This document shows, piece after piece, positions 16,851-26,419 of a stretch of DNA of 28,845 nt; positions within the stretch are counted from its first letter, which is position 1, and each line of letters opens with the position of its first letter. The notes beneath the pieces are model-generated. The model ran no database searches. It had not been told where the DNA came from and was given only the letters and a program-made list of their open reading frames with translations. A program made the position numbers and the translations under genes. This stretch comes from Trueperaceae bacterium (GTDB taxonomy: Bacteria > Deinococcota > Deinococci > Deinococcales > Trueperaceae), in the NCBI GenBank assembly GCA_040905465.1, contig JBBDRK010000056.1, forward strand, positions 21,948 through 50,792, read 5' to 3'.

Positions 16851-17885
16851 TCAGGCGCCGCCGGCGCCAGTTGACGCAACGCCCGGCTCGGCCGTACGAA
16901 GAGCGGCGCGCAGCTCGAGGGCCAGCACCCGTAGCACCAGCGTTGCCGGGGAGTAGCCTGCTATCGCTTCCTCGGCGGACAGGATGAGGTCGTCCGCCCG
17001 GACCCGGGCCGAGCCGGGCAGTTCTCCGAACCGCTCGCGAAGCAACTCTCCGATGTCGCGGCCGGCAACGGTGAGTCCGGAAGCGCTGCCGGCATCACCG
17101 GAGCTCGAGTCCGATTTCGTGGCCGTGGTCATTGCCGCGGTCATTGCCGCGGCATTGCCGGCGGGAGAGTTTTGCCAGTGGGTCGCGAGGGCGTCGGCTG
17201 CCGTAATGGCCTCTTCCAGGCTTCCGCCTAAGGCGCGGGCGAAGGCGTCTACCTCGGCCAACGTCTCGGCGAAGTCGACCGCCGGTTGCATCAGCGGTCC
17301 GGGACGGCCCAATCGGTGGGCAGGGTGCCCGGGTAACCCCAGCCCGGAGGTATCGACCGCTCCGAAGCGAACCACCGCGCAGCGCGAAGCGATCGTCGGG
17401 AGTACCGCCCGAGTGCTGGGTGCTATGAGCACGATAGTGGCGTAGGACGGTGGCTCCTCGAGGATCTTCAGGAACGAGTTGGCGGCGGCCGCGGTAAGCC
17501 GGTCGGCACCGTCGATCACGCCTACCCGGCGGCGGAAGGCGGGCCGTTGCTCGAGCCAGCGCGAAAGCGGATCATCTTCGCCCGGCCGCGGCACGAGCTG
17601 GCCGATGCGGATCTCCGGCTTGGGGTCGCGGCGGCCGGTCGACGTGGTCGCTCGGGCCGCCACCTCGCGGTAGTCGGGATGGCCGGTCTCGAAGCGCAGG
17701 CACGAGTCGCAGCCTCCACAGGGTCGCTCGGCCGCTTCGGCCCGGCAGTTCAGTACGGCGGCCAACCAGCGCGCCGCGCGCCGCCTCCCGACCCCCTCCG
17801 GGCCCACCAGCAGCAGCGAAGACGAGCTCGACTCCCGCAGGTTGCGCAATGCCTGCTCGTGACCGCGGACAGCGAGGATCGTCAT
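16851..17885 (-). CDS. holB: DNA polymerase III subunit delta'
   Basis: Degenerate Walker A GPEGVGRR, Cys4 zinc module, HPDY, ANSFLKILEEPP, SRC motif. Confidence 0.92.
   Translation of the reverse strand: MTILAVRGHEQALRNLRESSSSSLLLVGPEGVGRRRAARWLAAVLNCRAEAAERPCGGCDSCLRFETGHPDYREVAARATTSTGRRDPKPEIRIGQLVPRPGEDDPLSRWLEQRPAFRRRVGVIDGADRLTAAAANSFLKILEEPPSYATIVLIAPSTRAVLPTIASRCAVVRFGAVDTSGLGLPGHPAHRLGRPGPLMQPAVDFAETLAEVDAFARALGGSLEEAITAADALATHWQNSPAGNAAAMTAAMTTATKSDSSSGDAGSASGLTVAGRDIGELLRERFGELPGSARVRADDLILSAEEAIAGYSPATLVLRVLALELRAALRTAEPGVASTGAGGA
17127..17160. repeat. 12-bp tandem repeat within holB
   Basis: ggtcattgccgc x2 plus ggcattgccg, encoding AAAMTAAMT. Confidence 0.75.
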
Positions 17886-18640
17886 CGTCCGACAGCGAGG
17901 CGGCTCGCCAGCATCTCCGGATAACCTGCCTCGCGAACCGACCTCTGAACCGCCGTCAGGTCATAGGCCACCCGGTAGTGTTCGAACAGCGACAGTTCGT
18001 CGTCGTAGACGGCGTAGCTGGCCAGCGGCGATCCGTCGCGCGGCTGGCCGACGGAGCCCGGGTTGAAGATGACCTTGGCCCGCGGCGGAATGCGGTAAAC
18101 GGCTTGCTCTCGTTTGAAACTCACGTTGCGCCACAACTCGGTGTCCCCGGTCTGAATGGAGGCGAAGACCCTGGGAACATGGGTATGCCCGACGAAGCAC
18201 AGTGGACGTTCGAGCAAGGGGAAGTTCGCCTGGGCGCTCTGCTGCGTGTCCATGTACTCCCAGCGCTGGCGTAGTGCGCCGTGCACCGCCTGCCACCGCT
18301 CGGCGCAGGCGCTTTCCAGAAATGTGCCGAGGAACGCGATGCTCCCGCTCGAGAGTGCTTCGACGTGTCGAGCCACCACTCGGGTGACGATGTCGCCGGG
18401 CTGCGCCGGCACCGGGTGGCCCGCCGCCATCGCCAACAGCAACTCGTCGTGGTTTCCCAACAGGCATGCCACCGGCTCCAACTCCCGCAGCATGTTCGTG
18501 ACGCGCTCGGGTTGGGGGTAGTAGCCCACCAGATCGCCGAGGAACAGCACCTTTTCCCAGCGGCGCTGGCGGGCATGATCCAGGACCGCTTCCAGGGCGA
18601 CCGCGTTGCCGTGAATGTCGCTCAGAAGCAGGTAGCGCAT
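17882..18640 (-). CDS. Calcineurin-like metallophosphoesterase
   Basis: DIHGN, GDLVGY, GNHD, HG, GHTH, NPGSVGQPRDG; ATGA overlap with holB. Confidence 0.93.
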   Translation of the reverse strand: MRYLLLSDIHGNAVALEAVLDHARQRRWEKVLFLGDLVGYYPQPERVTNMLRELEPVACLLGNHDELLLAMAAGHPVPAQPGDIVTRVVARHVEALSSGSIAFLGTFLESACAERWQAVHGALRQRWEYMDTQQSAQANFPLLERPLCFVGHTHVPRVFASIQTGDTELWRNVSFKREQAVYRIPPRAKVIFNPGSVGQPRDGSPLASYAVYDDELSLFEHYRVAYDLTAVQRSVREAGYPEMLASRLAVGR

Positions 18641-18705
18641 CACCGCCAACGATACCACCCGGCCTCCTTCGGTCCGACCGGCCGGGTGCGGCTATACTGG
18701 ACGCA

Positions 18706-19830
18706 ATGGCAAAGTTGGTGCCGCGCTTCATCGCCCTGTTGCTGTTCCTGAGCGTGAGCGCGGCCGTCGCACAAATCGCCATCCCCACACTCGGCAGTCG
18801 TGGCGAGTTGCCGCCCGATCGGAGCGAGGAGTTCGCCCGGCTCATTGACGACTTCACCGAGGAGTTGCGATCGGCGGTATCCGCCGCCGGTCTGGCGGTA
18901 AGTCGCGCCGAGATGATCACGCCGGGAATCGCCGGCAGCCTCGACCCCGAGTACACCCGGCTCATAGCCGAACTCGACGGCGTCCGCTACGCCGTGTCCG
19001 GCGAGATCGCGCTGGTAACGGACGCTCGTGCGCAAGGCCCGTACGTGGTGAACATGATCGTGGTCGACGCCGAGCAGGACCGGGTAACGGACCTGATCAG
19101 CCGCCCGCTCGGTGAGGACGACGGACGCGCGACGGCTCAGAACCTGGCGCGGGTGATAGTCAGGTTCACCCAGCAGGCGCTCAGCCTCCCGGCCGGCGAC
19201 GCCGGCTTGTTCATCTCGAGCCAACCGGCAGAGGCCGAGGTGTATCTCGACGGAGTGCGAGTCGGCGCTACCCCGTCGCTCGACGTGGTGATGCTCACGC
19301 CCGGACGGTACCAGCTCGAGTTGCGCAAGGAGGGTTTCCTGCCCGAGGTACGCACGGTCGAGCTCCGTTCCCGGTCCACGACCATCGAGCACGTTCACCT
19401 GGCCCCGATCAACGGTGGATCTATCCTGGTCGAGAGCTCTCCTTCGGCCGAGGTCTACCTTGGTGACGTGCGTCAGGGCCGTACTCCGCTGTTCATACCG
19501 GCGCCTCCCGGGGTTCCGACGGTAAGGCTGGAGCGTGACGGCTTCCGTCCGGCCATCATCTCTGTTCCTGTGAGGAACTACCGGACCAGCCGGGTCGACC
19601 TGCAGCTCGAGCCGAGCCACGACCCGTTGCTGTTCTGGGAGGTCGACCGGCAGTTCACCGTACTGATAAACGGGATCTTGCAACCGGGAGCGTTCGCTCA
19701 CGCGGCCGACCCGGGACTTCTCGAGGTCGAAGTCTGGCGCGGGCGCGAGCGTCGCAGCTATCGCGTCGTGCTGCCCGCCCACGGGGCGTTCGAACTGGAG
19801 TTGGAGACCGGCGAGATATCGCCCCTGTAG
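18706..19830 (+). CDS. Secreted PEGA-domain protein
   Basis: Signal peptide; two PEGA repeats (ISSQPAEAEVYLDG...GRYQLELRKEGF; VESSPSAEVYLG...GRTP); TATACT 7 nt upstream. Confidence 0.85.
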   Translation: MAKLVPRFIALLLFLSVSAAVAQIAIPTLGSRGELPPDRSEEFARLIDDFTEELRSAVSAAGLAVSRAEMITPGIAGSLDPEYTRLIAELDGVRYAVSGEIALVTDARAQGPYVVNMIVVDAEQDRVTDLISRPLGEDDGRATAQNLARVIVRFTQQALSLPAGDAGLFISSQPAEAEVYLDGVRVGATPSLDVVMLTPGRYQLELRKEGFLPEVRTVELRSRSTTIEHVHLAPINGGSILVESSPSAEVYLGDVRQGRTPLFIPAPPGVPTVRLERDGFRPAIISVPVRNYRTSRVDLQLEPSHDPLLFWEVDRQFTVLINGILQPGAFAHAADPGLLEVEVWRGRERRSYRVVLPAHGAFELELETGEISPL

Positions 19831-19843
19831 GGCGCTGCCGCAA

Positions 19844-20824
19844 TCAGGGGGTGAACGGAATGCGGTATCCGACCCGCGCGCCGGCCCGCCACCCCGACGC
19901 CGGTTCCAGCCCGGCGCGTCCGCTCAGGCGCAACTCGCCCTGAACCAGGTCGTGGCGGTAGCCCAACTCCACCCGATACGGCCAGTCGTCGAGCCGGTAA
20001 GGTTCCGCCGCCAGCTCCAGGTCGACGCGACCGTTCGCCAACCGTTCCGCCCCCGCCAGCCGGGCGCCCGGCGCCAGGCCGGCCGGACCCCAGCCCAGAA
20101 GAGCGGCGGCGAACCACGCCGGCGCGCGCCGCCGGTTGACGGTGTAGCCGATACCGAGAGCGCCTGAGAGCTCGCTCGTGACTGGCACGCGGAAGGCGTG
20201 CAGGAGCAAGGAGAGGTCGTTGCCGGCTATGGCGCGCACGAACCGTAGCTCGCCGTCGAGGCGCCCACCCAGGCTCCCCCCGCGCAGGAACGCGCCAGGA
20301 GCCACGTCTACTATCAGGTCGCGCGAGATGCGGTAGCTGACGCCGGCCTCGAGCCCCAGCAGGGCCGCGCCCGAATCCGCGGCCGCCTCCGCCGGCGCCG
20401 GGGTCAGCAGCGGCAGGGCCGCAAACGCCCCTTCGGCGACGGGAGCGAGCGGCGCGAAGCCGTCGCTTACGCTGGCCCGCAACCGCAGGGCGACCGGCCC
20501 CAGGACGGCGCGGGAGGTGAGCGCAACCCCGTAGCGGCCGCCTGTCGAGCCGTCCGCGGCCAAAACCGTTACCAGGTTACCGATCGAGGCCAGGCTGTCG
20601 GCCTGGCGCAGCCGCAGCCCGAGCTGCAGCTCCTCACCAGCCCCGAACCGTAACCCGACGGTGCCGCTGCCGCTGGGCACCTCCTCGAACAGCAGCTCGA
20701 CACGGGCAGTGTTTCGCTCGGCGGCAGGGTAGGCGGCTGCGAACTCGACGGCCTGGCCGCGCAGCGGGGGCAGCAGACAGATCAGGCATGCCAGGCACAG
20801 GAGCGTCCGGGTAAGCAGGTGCAT
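19844..20824 (-). CDS. Hypothetical exported protein, possible outer-membrane beta-barrel
   Basis: Signal peptide; alternating hydrophobic beta-strand patterns; C-terminus ARVGYRIPF(TP). Confidence 0.65.
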   Translation of the reverse strand: MHLLTRTLLCLACLICLLPPLRGQAVEFAAAYPAAERNTARVELLFEEVPSGSGTVGLRFGAGEELQLGLRLRQADSLASIGNLVTVLAADGSTGGRYGVALTSRAVLGPVALRLRASVSDGFAPLAPVAEGAFAALPLLTPAPAEAAADSGAALLGLEAGVSYRISRDLIVDVAPGAFLRGGSLGGRLDGELRFVRAIAGNDLSLLLHAFRVPVTSELSGALGIGYTVNRRRAPAWFAAALLGWGPAGLAPGARLAGAERLANGRVDLELAAEPYRLDDWPYRVELGYRHDLVQGELRLSGRAGLEPASGWRAGARVGYRIPFTP

Positions 20825-20936
20825 GCCTCAGTCTGCCCCATGAGTGCGCAGCCGGGGCGGCAACTGCCCAATCTTCAACGGGAGCGCCGTGGAGCGGGTG
20901 GTAAACTGCCGCGTTGTCATCATTCCTGGAGTACCC

Positions 20937-23471
20937 ATGAACATACTCGGTCGCCTTACCGTACTGCCCGATATTCCCGAGCAGATCGCACGCCTCGAAG
21001 AGCTTGCCGCCAACCTGAAATGGTCCTGGAAGCCTCTGGCCAGGGCGCTATTCCGTCGCCTCGACCCCGATCTTTGGGAGGCATGCGGCCATAATCCGGT
21101 GGTGCTGCTGCAGAGAGTTGCCCAGGAGCGGCTGGACGCCGCAGCGGCCGACGGCGAGTTCGTTCGCTCCTACCAGCAGGCGCTTGCCGCCATGGCCGAG
21201 GAGCGCCGTCCCGCCTGGTTCGAGGGGAAGCACGGGGACGCCGACCTATACGCCTACTTCTGCGCCGAATACGGCTGGCATGAGTCGATTCCGCTCTATT
21301 CCGGTGGTCTGGGGGTGCTGGCCGGAGATCACACGAAGGCGGCTTCCGAGCTCGGTGTCCCGCTCGTGGGCGTGGGACTGTGGTACCCGGAGGGTTACTT
21401 TCACCAACGGGTGGCCGAGAACGGCGAACAGCAAGCCGTATACGAACGCAAGCAGCCGAACGAAATGCCGTTTTCTCCCGCGCTGGATGCGAACGGCGAC
21501 GAGGTGCGGGCCGCTGTCGCGGTGTTCGGACGCGAGGTCGTGTTGCGGGCGTGGCGGGCCGTTATCGGCACGGTGAGCGTTTACCTGCTCGACGTCGACG
21601 TCGAGGATAACCACCCCGACGACCGCGCACTGCTCAAGAGGCTCTACGGCGGCGACCAGACCACCCGGATCGCCCAGGAGATGATTCTCGGCATAGGTGG
21701 GGTGAGGCTGCTCAGGAAGCTGGGCATTGCGCCCAGCGCCTGGCACATGAACGAGGGTCACAGCGCGTTCATGGTGCTGGAACGCTGCCGCGAGTTGGTG
21801 GCGAGTGGCATGCCGTTCGCGCAGGCTCGTGAGTTGGTGGCCGGAAGCACGCTCTTCACGGTCCATACGCCGGTTGCCGCCGGCAACGACGCATTCCCCT
21901 TCGAGCTCGTCGATAGCTGCTTCGATGGCTTCGCAGAGGAACTCGGACTGCAGCCCTCCGAGTTCCACGAGCTGGGCCGTGCCGATCACGGTTGGGGTGC
22001 GGTGTTCAGCATGCCTGCTCTCGCCTTGCGCTTCACCTCCGGCAGGAACGGGGTGGCCGAACTTCACGGCGAGACCAGCCGGTTGATCTGGAACGACCTC
22101 TGGGCCGAAGTGCCACCCGATGAGATTCCCATCGGGCACGTTACCAACGGCGTTCATGCCGCCTCGTGGATGGCGCCCGAGATACGCGAGCTGGTGTGCC
22201 AGACGCTCGGCCACGAGTGGGAGGAACGGCTGGACGACGTCGCCTTCTGGCAACGGTTCGAAACGCTCGACCTGGGGCGCCTGTGGGACGTTCGCAAGGG
22301 GCTGAAGCAGGAGAGCGTCCGCTTCCTGCGCCGGCGCCTGCAGCGTCAGCTCGACCGCCAGCAGGCGAGCGCGAGCGCGCTGCACGACGCCGACGAATTG
22401 TTCGACCCGGCCGCCCTGACAATCGGCTTCGCCCGCCGCTTCGCGACCTATAAGCGGGCGACGTTGATATTTCGTGACCTCGACCGGTTGGCGAACCTGC
22501 TGAACGATCCGGACCGGCCCGTGCAACTGGTATTCTCGGGCAAGGCGCACCCGGCAGACAAGCCCGGGCAGGAACTCATCGCCAGCATCCACCGGCTCTC
22601 CCACGACTCACGATTCAAGGGACGGGTCCTGTTCGTGGAGGACTACGACATCGCGGTGGGCCGCACCCTTACCCGTGGAGTGGACGTCTGGCTCAACAAC
22701 CCCAGGCGCCCACTGGAGGCGTCCGGGACGAGCGGCCAGAAGGCCGCGATGAACGGCATCCTGAACCTCTCCATCCTCGACGGCTGGTGGCCCGAGGGTT
22801 ACAACGGCGACAACGGCTGGGCATTCGGCACGGAACGCAGCCACGACGACGAAAACAAAGCGGATGCCGTCGACGCCGACGCGCTCTACTCCCTTCTCGA
22901 GCGCGAGGTGGTGCCGCTTTACTATCGCCGTGACGAAGCGGGCCTTCCCCGGGAGTGGCTGGAGCGTTCGAGGGCCGCCATCGCCAGCATCACGCCGCGT
23001 TTCAACGCCCAACGAATGGTCAAGGATTACGTAACGCGCTACTACCATCCTGCGTCCGAGCGCGGCAGGCGGCTGGCCGCGGACGGCGGTGCCGCGGCAG
23101 CCGGTCTCGCGACCTGGCGTGAGCGGGTGGCGGAAGGCTGGGACGGAATCTACCTGAGTGCCAAACCCACGGCGGACCTGCGACGGCGGGCCGGCGAGGA
23201 GTTGAACGTGGAGGTGGTCCTCCACCCCGGTGAGCTGGCCGGCCTCGACATCTGCGTCGAGGTGGTCTACAGCTGCGAAGAGGACGACCTGCGTGTCGGG
23301 CTGCACCGCGTCCCGATGTCGCTTCACGAGAGCTTCCCCGATGGCGGCCACTCATATCGCGCCAAGTTCCGCCCGGCGATCAGCGGCAGGTTGGTGTACG
23401 GCGTGCGGGCCTATCCGGTCAACGACCTGCTGGCCAGCCCGTTCGACGCCCACGCCGTGCGCTGGGCCTGA
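20937..23471 (+). CDS. glgP: Alpha-glucan (glycogen) phosphorylase
   Basis: YSGGLGVLAGD, HMNEGH, ARRFATYKRA, PLP motif EASGTSGQKAAMNG; SD ggag before ATG 20937. Confidence 0.96.
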   Translation: MNILGRLTVLPDIPEQIARLEELAANLKWSWKPLARALFRRLDPDLWEACGHNPVVLLQRVAQERLDAAAADGEFVRSYQQALAAMAEERRPAWFEGKHGDADLYAYFCAEYGWHESIPLYSGGLGVLAGDHTKAASELGVPLVGVGLWYPEGYFHQRVAENGEQQAVYERKQPNEMPFSPALDANGDEVRAAVAVFGREVVLRAWRAVIGTVSVYLLDVDVEDNHPDDRALLKRLYGGDQTTRIAQEMILGIGGVRLLRKLGIAPSAWHMNEGHSAFMVLERCRELVASGMPFAQARELVAGSTLFTVHTPVAAGNDAFPFELVDSCFDGFAEELGLQPSEFHELGRADHGWGAVFSMPALALRFTSGRNGVAELHGETSRLIWNDLWAEVPPDEIPIGHVTNGVHAASWMAPEIRELVCQTLGHEWEERLDDVAFWQRFETLDLGRLWDVRKGLKQESVRFLRRRLQRQLDRQQASASALHDADELFDPAALTIGFARRFATYKRATLIFRDLDRLANLLNDPDRPVQLVFSGKAHPADKPGQELIASIHRLSHDSRFKGRVLFVEDYDIAVGRTLTRGVDVWLNNPRRPLEASGTSGQKAAMNGILNLSILDGWWPEGYNGDNGWAFGTERSHDDENKADAVDADALYSLLEREVVPLYYRRDEAGLPREWLERSRAAIASITPRFNAQRMVKDYVTRYYHPASERGRRLAADGGAAAAGLATWRERVAEGWDGIYLSAKPTADLRRRAGEELNVEVVLHPGELAGLDICVEVVYSCEEDDLRVGLHRVPMSLHESFPDGGHSYRAKFRPAISGRLVYGVRAYPVNDLLASPFDAHAVRWA

Positions 23472-23489
23472 CCGCGCACCCGACGTAAC

Positions 23490-24185
23490 TCAGACGGGCA
23501 GCGGCTGGTCGGTCAGCAACATGAGTCGCTCGCGCGCTCCGATCGCCCGCGCCGGGCAGGTGTCTGGGTCGCCGCTCTCGTCGAGCAGGCCGGCGAGGGC
23601 ACCTCTTTTCTCGGGACCGGTCACCAGGAACACGGTTATCAGGCTCCGGCTCAACGCGCCGGCGGTCAGGCTCAGACGCTCGCCGACGGCGGCGGCGGGC
23701 CGGCTCGCCAGCGTGATGCCAGGCGAGGCGTGAGCGCCGGTGCCGGGAAAGAGACTCGCGGTGTGGCAGTCCGCACCCAGCCCCAGGAGGCTCAGATCGA
23801 ACTTCGGCGGATCGCCCGCCGTTCCGATGATGGTCGCCGCGTAGGCCGCCGCCGAGGCGTTGGCCGTCTCCATAATCGGCCAGGGATGAACGTGCTCCGC
23901 TGGTACCGGCACTCGGTCGACGAGCGCTTCACGTACCGAGCGTGCGTTGCTCGCGGCGTGGTCGCTCGGCACGAAACGCTCGTCGCCCCAGAAGAGATGG
24001 ACCCGGTCCCAGGGAAGATCAGACCGGTCGGAGAGTCGCCGGTAGAGCGGCTCGGGCGTTCTCCCGCCAGCCAGGACCATCAGGAATCGGCCGCGCTCGC
24101 TGACCGCCTCGATCAGGGCCGCAGCGACGATCTCCGCCGCCAGTTGCGCCGGATCAGTCGTGGTTATCGCCTCCAGGCGGCTCAC
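23490..24185 (-). CDS. pgl: 6-phosphogluconolactonase
   Basis: LAGGRTP, FWGDERFVP, SN, GLGADCHTASLFP, GPEKR. Confidence 0.93.
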   Translation of the reverse strand: MSRLEAITTTDPAQLAAEIVAAALIEAVSERGRFLMVLAGGRTPEPLYRRLSDRSDLPWDRVHLFWGDERFVPSDHAASNARSVREALVDRVPVPAEHVHPWPIMETANASAAAYAATIIGTAGDPPKFDLSLLGLGADCHTASLFPGTGAHASPGITLASRPAAAVGERLSLTAGALSRSLITVFLVTGPEKRGALAGLLDESGDPDTCPARAIGARERLMLLTDQPLPV

Positions 24186-24191
24186 GGGCCG

Positions 24192-24218
24192 AGTATAGCT
24201 GTCGGCCGGCGTTAGACT
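24192..24218. promoter_or_regulatory. Back-to-back -10 boxes for pgl and the HD gene
   Basis: Minus TATACT (24197-24192) 6 nt before GTG; plus TAGACT (24213-24218) 5 nt before ATG. Confidence 0.65.
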
Positions 24219-24223
24219 TGCGT

Positions 24224-24811
24224 ATGAACAGACGTGCCGAAGCGTACCGGTTGATGACCGAATGGACCGAGTCCGAGAGCCTGCGCAAGCACATGCTGGC
24301 GGTAGAAGCAGCGGTTGTAGGCTACGCCAGGAGGTTCGGTGAAGACGAGGACCTCTGGGCGGCTACGGCCCTGTTGCACGACTTCGACTACGAGCGACAC
24401 CCCGAGCCGACCGAGCAGGGCCACCCTTACGTCGGCGTTGCTCATCTTCGCTCGCTCGGTTATCCCGAGCAGATGCTGGACGCGATCATGGGTCATGCCG
24501 ACTACACCGGCGTACCGCGCGAGTCGTTGCTGGCCCGCACGCTGTTCGCCTGTGACGAACTTACCGGGCTGATCAGCGCCGCGGTACTGGTGCGGCCCGA
24601 TCGCAACATCGCGGAGCAGACGGTGAAGAGCCTCAAGAAGAAGTTCAAGGACAAGGCGTTCGCCCGCGGGGTCAAGCGGGAGGATGTCGAGCGCGGCGCC
24701 GAAGAGCTCGGCCTAGAGCTGTGGGATCACGTGCGGTTCGTGCTCGAAGCGATGCAGGAGCGTGCTGCCACACTCGAACTCGATGGCCGTCAGGCTGTCG
24801 GCAAAGGCTGA
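24224..24811 (+). CDS. HD-domain metal-dependent phosphohydrolase (COG2316-like)
   Basis: RKHMLAVE, LLHDFDYE, ACDELTG, KDKAFARGV. Confidence 0.9.
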   Translation: MNRRAEAYRLMTEWTESESLRKHMLAVEAAVVGYARRFGEDEDLWAATALLHDFDYERHPEPTEQGHPYVGVAHLRSLGYPEQMLDAIMGHADYTGVPRESLLARTLFACDELTGLISAAVLVRPDRNIAEQTVKSLKKKFKDKAFARGVKREDVERGAEELGLELWDHVRFVLEAMQERAATLELDGRQAVGKG

Positions 24812-25419
24812 CCATCGCGTTCGACCGGCCTGAGGTTCCAGCGCCAGACACCAGCGCTGTCGCGCTTGAACAGCGGCCAGACGACCCAGGCCGCCCTGCC
24901 CTCGAGGCGCCGGCGCGGGACGGGGCCGAACACCCGGGAGTCGAAGGAGCCGTATGGGCCCCGGTTGTCGCCGAGCAGGAACACGTGTCCGTCCGGCACC
25001 GGCATCTCGCTCATCGAGAACGAACCGGCCCAGCCGCCCGCCAGATAGCCCTCGTCCACCGTTTTCCCGTCGACCACCAGTTGACCGCGTTCTATCGCCA
25101 CCGTTTCACCGCCGACCGCCACTATTCTCTTTATCAGATGTGAGCAGAACCAGGGGCAGACGGCGCCTGGGCGCTGGTCGGGATTGGGGAAGTAGACCAC
25201 GTCCCCGCGCTCGAACGCGCCGATGTCGAGCCGGTGCAACCAGGTCTCGTAACGTGGCACCAGCGCTCTCTCGCCGTCGTGAAGCGTCGGCTCCATCGAA
25301 TCGCCGGAGATGGCCACCCCGCTGACGACGAACGTCACCAGCAGGGCAGCCGCCAGGAGCGACTCCAGCAGCGTCCGCCACAGCCCACGCGACGCCCTTT
25401 GGTCATCGCGTGCGGTCAT
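24790..25419 (-). CDS. lepB: Signal peptidase I (short paralog)
   Basis: One TM helix; GDSMEPTL (Ser), IKRIVA (Lys), GDNR...SFDSR. Confidence 0.93.
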   Translation of the reverse strand: MTARDDQRASRGLWRTLLESLLAAALLVTFVVSGVAISGDSMEPTLHDGERALVPRYETWLHRLDIGAFERGDVVYFPNPDQRPGAVCPWFCSHLIKRIVAVGGETVAIERGQLVVDGKTVDEGYLAGGWAGSFSMSEMPVPDGHVFLLGDNRGPYGSFDSRVFGPVPRRRLEGRAAWVVWPLFKRDSAGVWRWNLRPVERDGQPLPTA

Positions 25420-25466
25420 GCGTGCCGGGTCACCTACTCCTGCTCACCTTGCACGGCTACTCGAGC

Positions 25467-26396
25467 TCAGATCTCCGGGGGAGGCGGGATGTCGGCGAAA
25501 GCCGGTGGGGGGCTCAGCCGACGCCAGTTCCACTCGCCGTCGCGGCGCGGCGGCCAGATGACTGCCGTCGCCCGCCCGGCGACGGTGATGGAGGGAACCG
25601 GTCCGAAGAACCGAGAGTCTTCACTGCCGCCCTTGGAGCCCTGTCGGTTGTCACCCATCACGAAGTAGTGGTCGTCGGGAATGATTATGTCGTGGACGAA
25701 CGGTTCGCCCTCGGGGGTGTCCTCCGAGAGTGGCGCCAGGGCGTCTATGGTGGCCCCGTAGTACAGATCCACGCGCGGGTCGTCTATGCTCACCGGCTCC
25801 GGCCGGAAGAGCCCGCTGGCGAGCTGCGGAACCGGGGTGCCGCGGACAGTGGTCGGAAAACTCACCGCCAGGCCGGTCACCTCGCCGTCCTCCGCGGCGA
25901 TCAGCGGAAAGTCGACCGGGTCGGGCGCGATCTCGCCGCTATCGGTGATATAGCCCTGGTCCATCCGGCGGCCGTTGACGAACACCTCGCCGCGCTCGAT
26001 CCTCAGGTGGTCGCCGGGTACGCCTATGATCCGCTTTATGAAGAACGGCCGCCGGTCGCGCTCCTGGGCGGTAGGTGAGTTGGCCGGCTCGCGTACCACC
26101 ACCACCTCGCCCCGGCGGTAGTCGCCGAGTATTCCGGCCCTTCGGAGCCAGGTGTCGTACTTGGGGATGAAGACCCGGTCCCCGGTCAGGAGTGACTGCA
26201 CCAAATTGCGGCTGCCCATGCCGCCATCGAGGTTCGGACGCATCGACGACCCCACCACGCCGACTGTGTTGAAGAGGAATGTGACTACCAGGAAGGCGAT
26301 GACGAGCGCTTCCGCGTAGCCTCGCACCTCCGTCCAGAAGCGCTCGCTGAACGTTGTGCCGCCAGCGGCGCGAGCTTTCGCTTCGGATTTCGCCAT
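25467..26396 (-). CDS. lepB: Signal peptidase I (long paralog)
   Basis: One TM helix; GSSMRPNL, IKRIIG, GDNR...SEDSR; TAGACT 7 nt upstream of ATG. Confidence 0.93.
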   Translation of the reverse strand: MAKSEAKARAAGGTTFSERFWTEVRGYAEALVIAFLVVTFLFNTVGVVGSSMRPNLDGGMGSRNLVQSLLTGDRVFIPKYDTWLRRAGILGDYRRGEVVVVREPANSPTAQERDRRPFFIKRIIGVPGDHLRIERGEVFVNGRRMDQGYITDSGEIAPDPVDFPLIAAEDGEVTGLAVSFPTTVRGTPVPQLASGLFRPEPVSIDDPRVDLYYGATIDALAPLSEDTPEGEPFVHDIIIPDDHYFVMGDNRQGSKGGSEDSRFFGPVPSITVAGRATAVIWPPRRDGEWNWRRLSPPPAFADIPPPPEI

Positions 26397-26419
26397 GACC
26401 TAGAGTCTACTCCCTGTGC

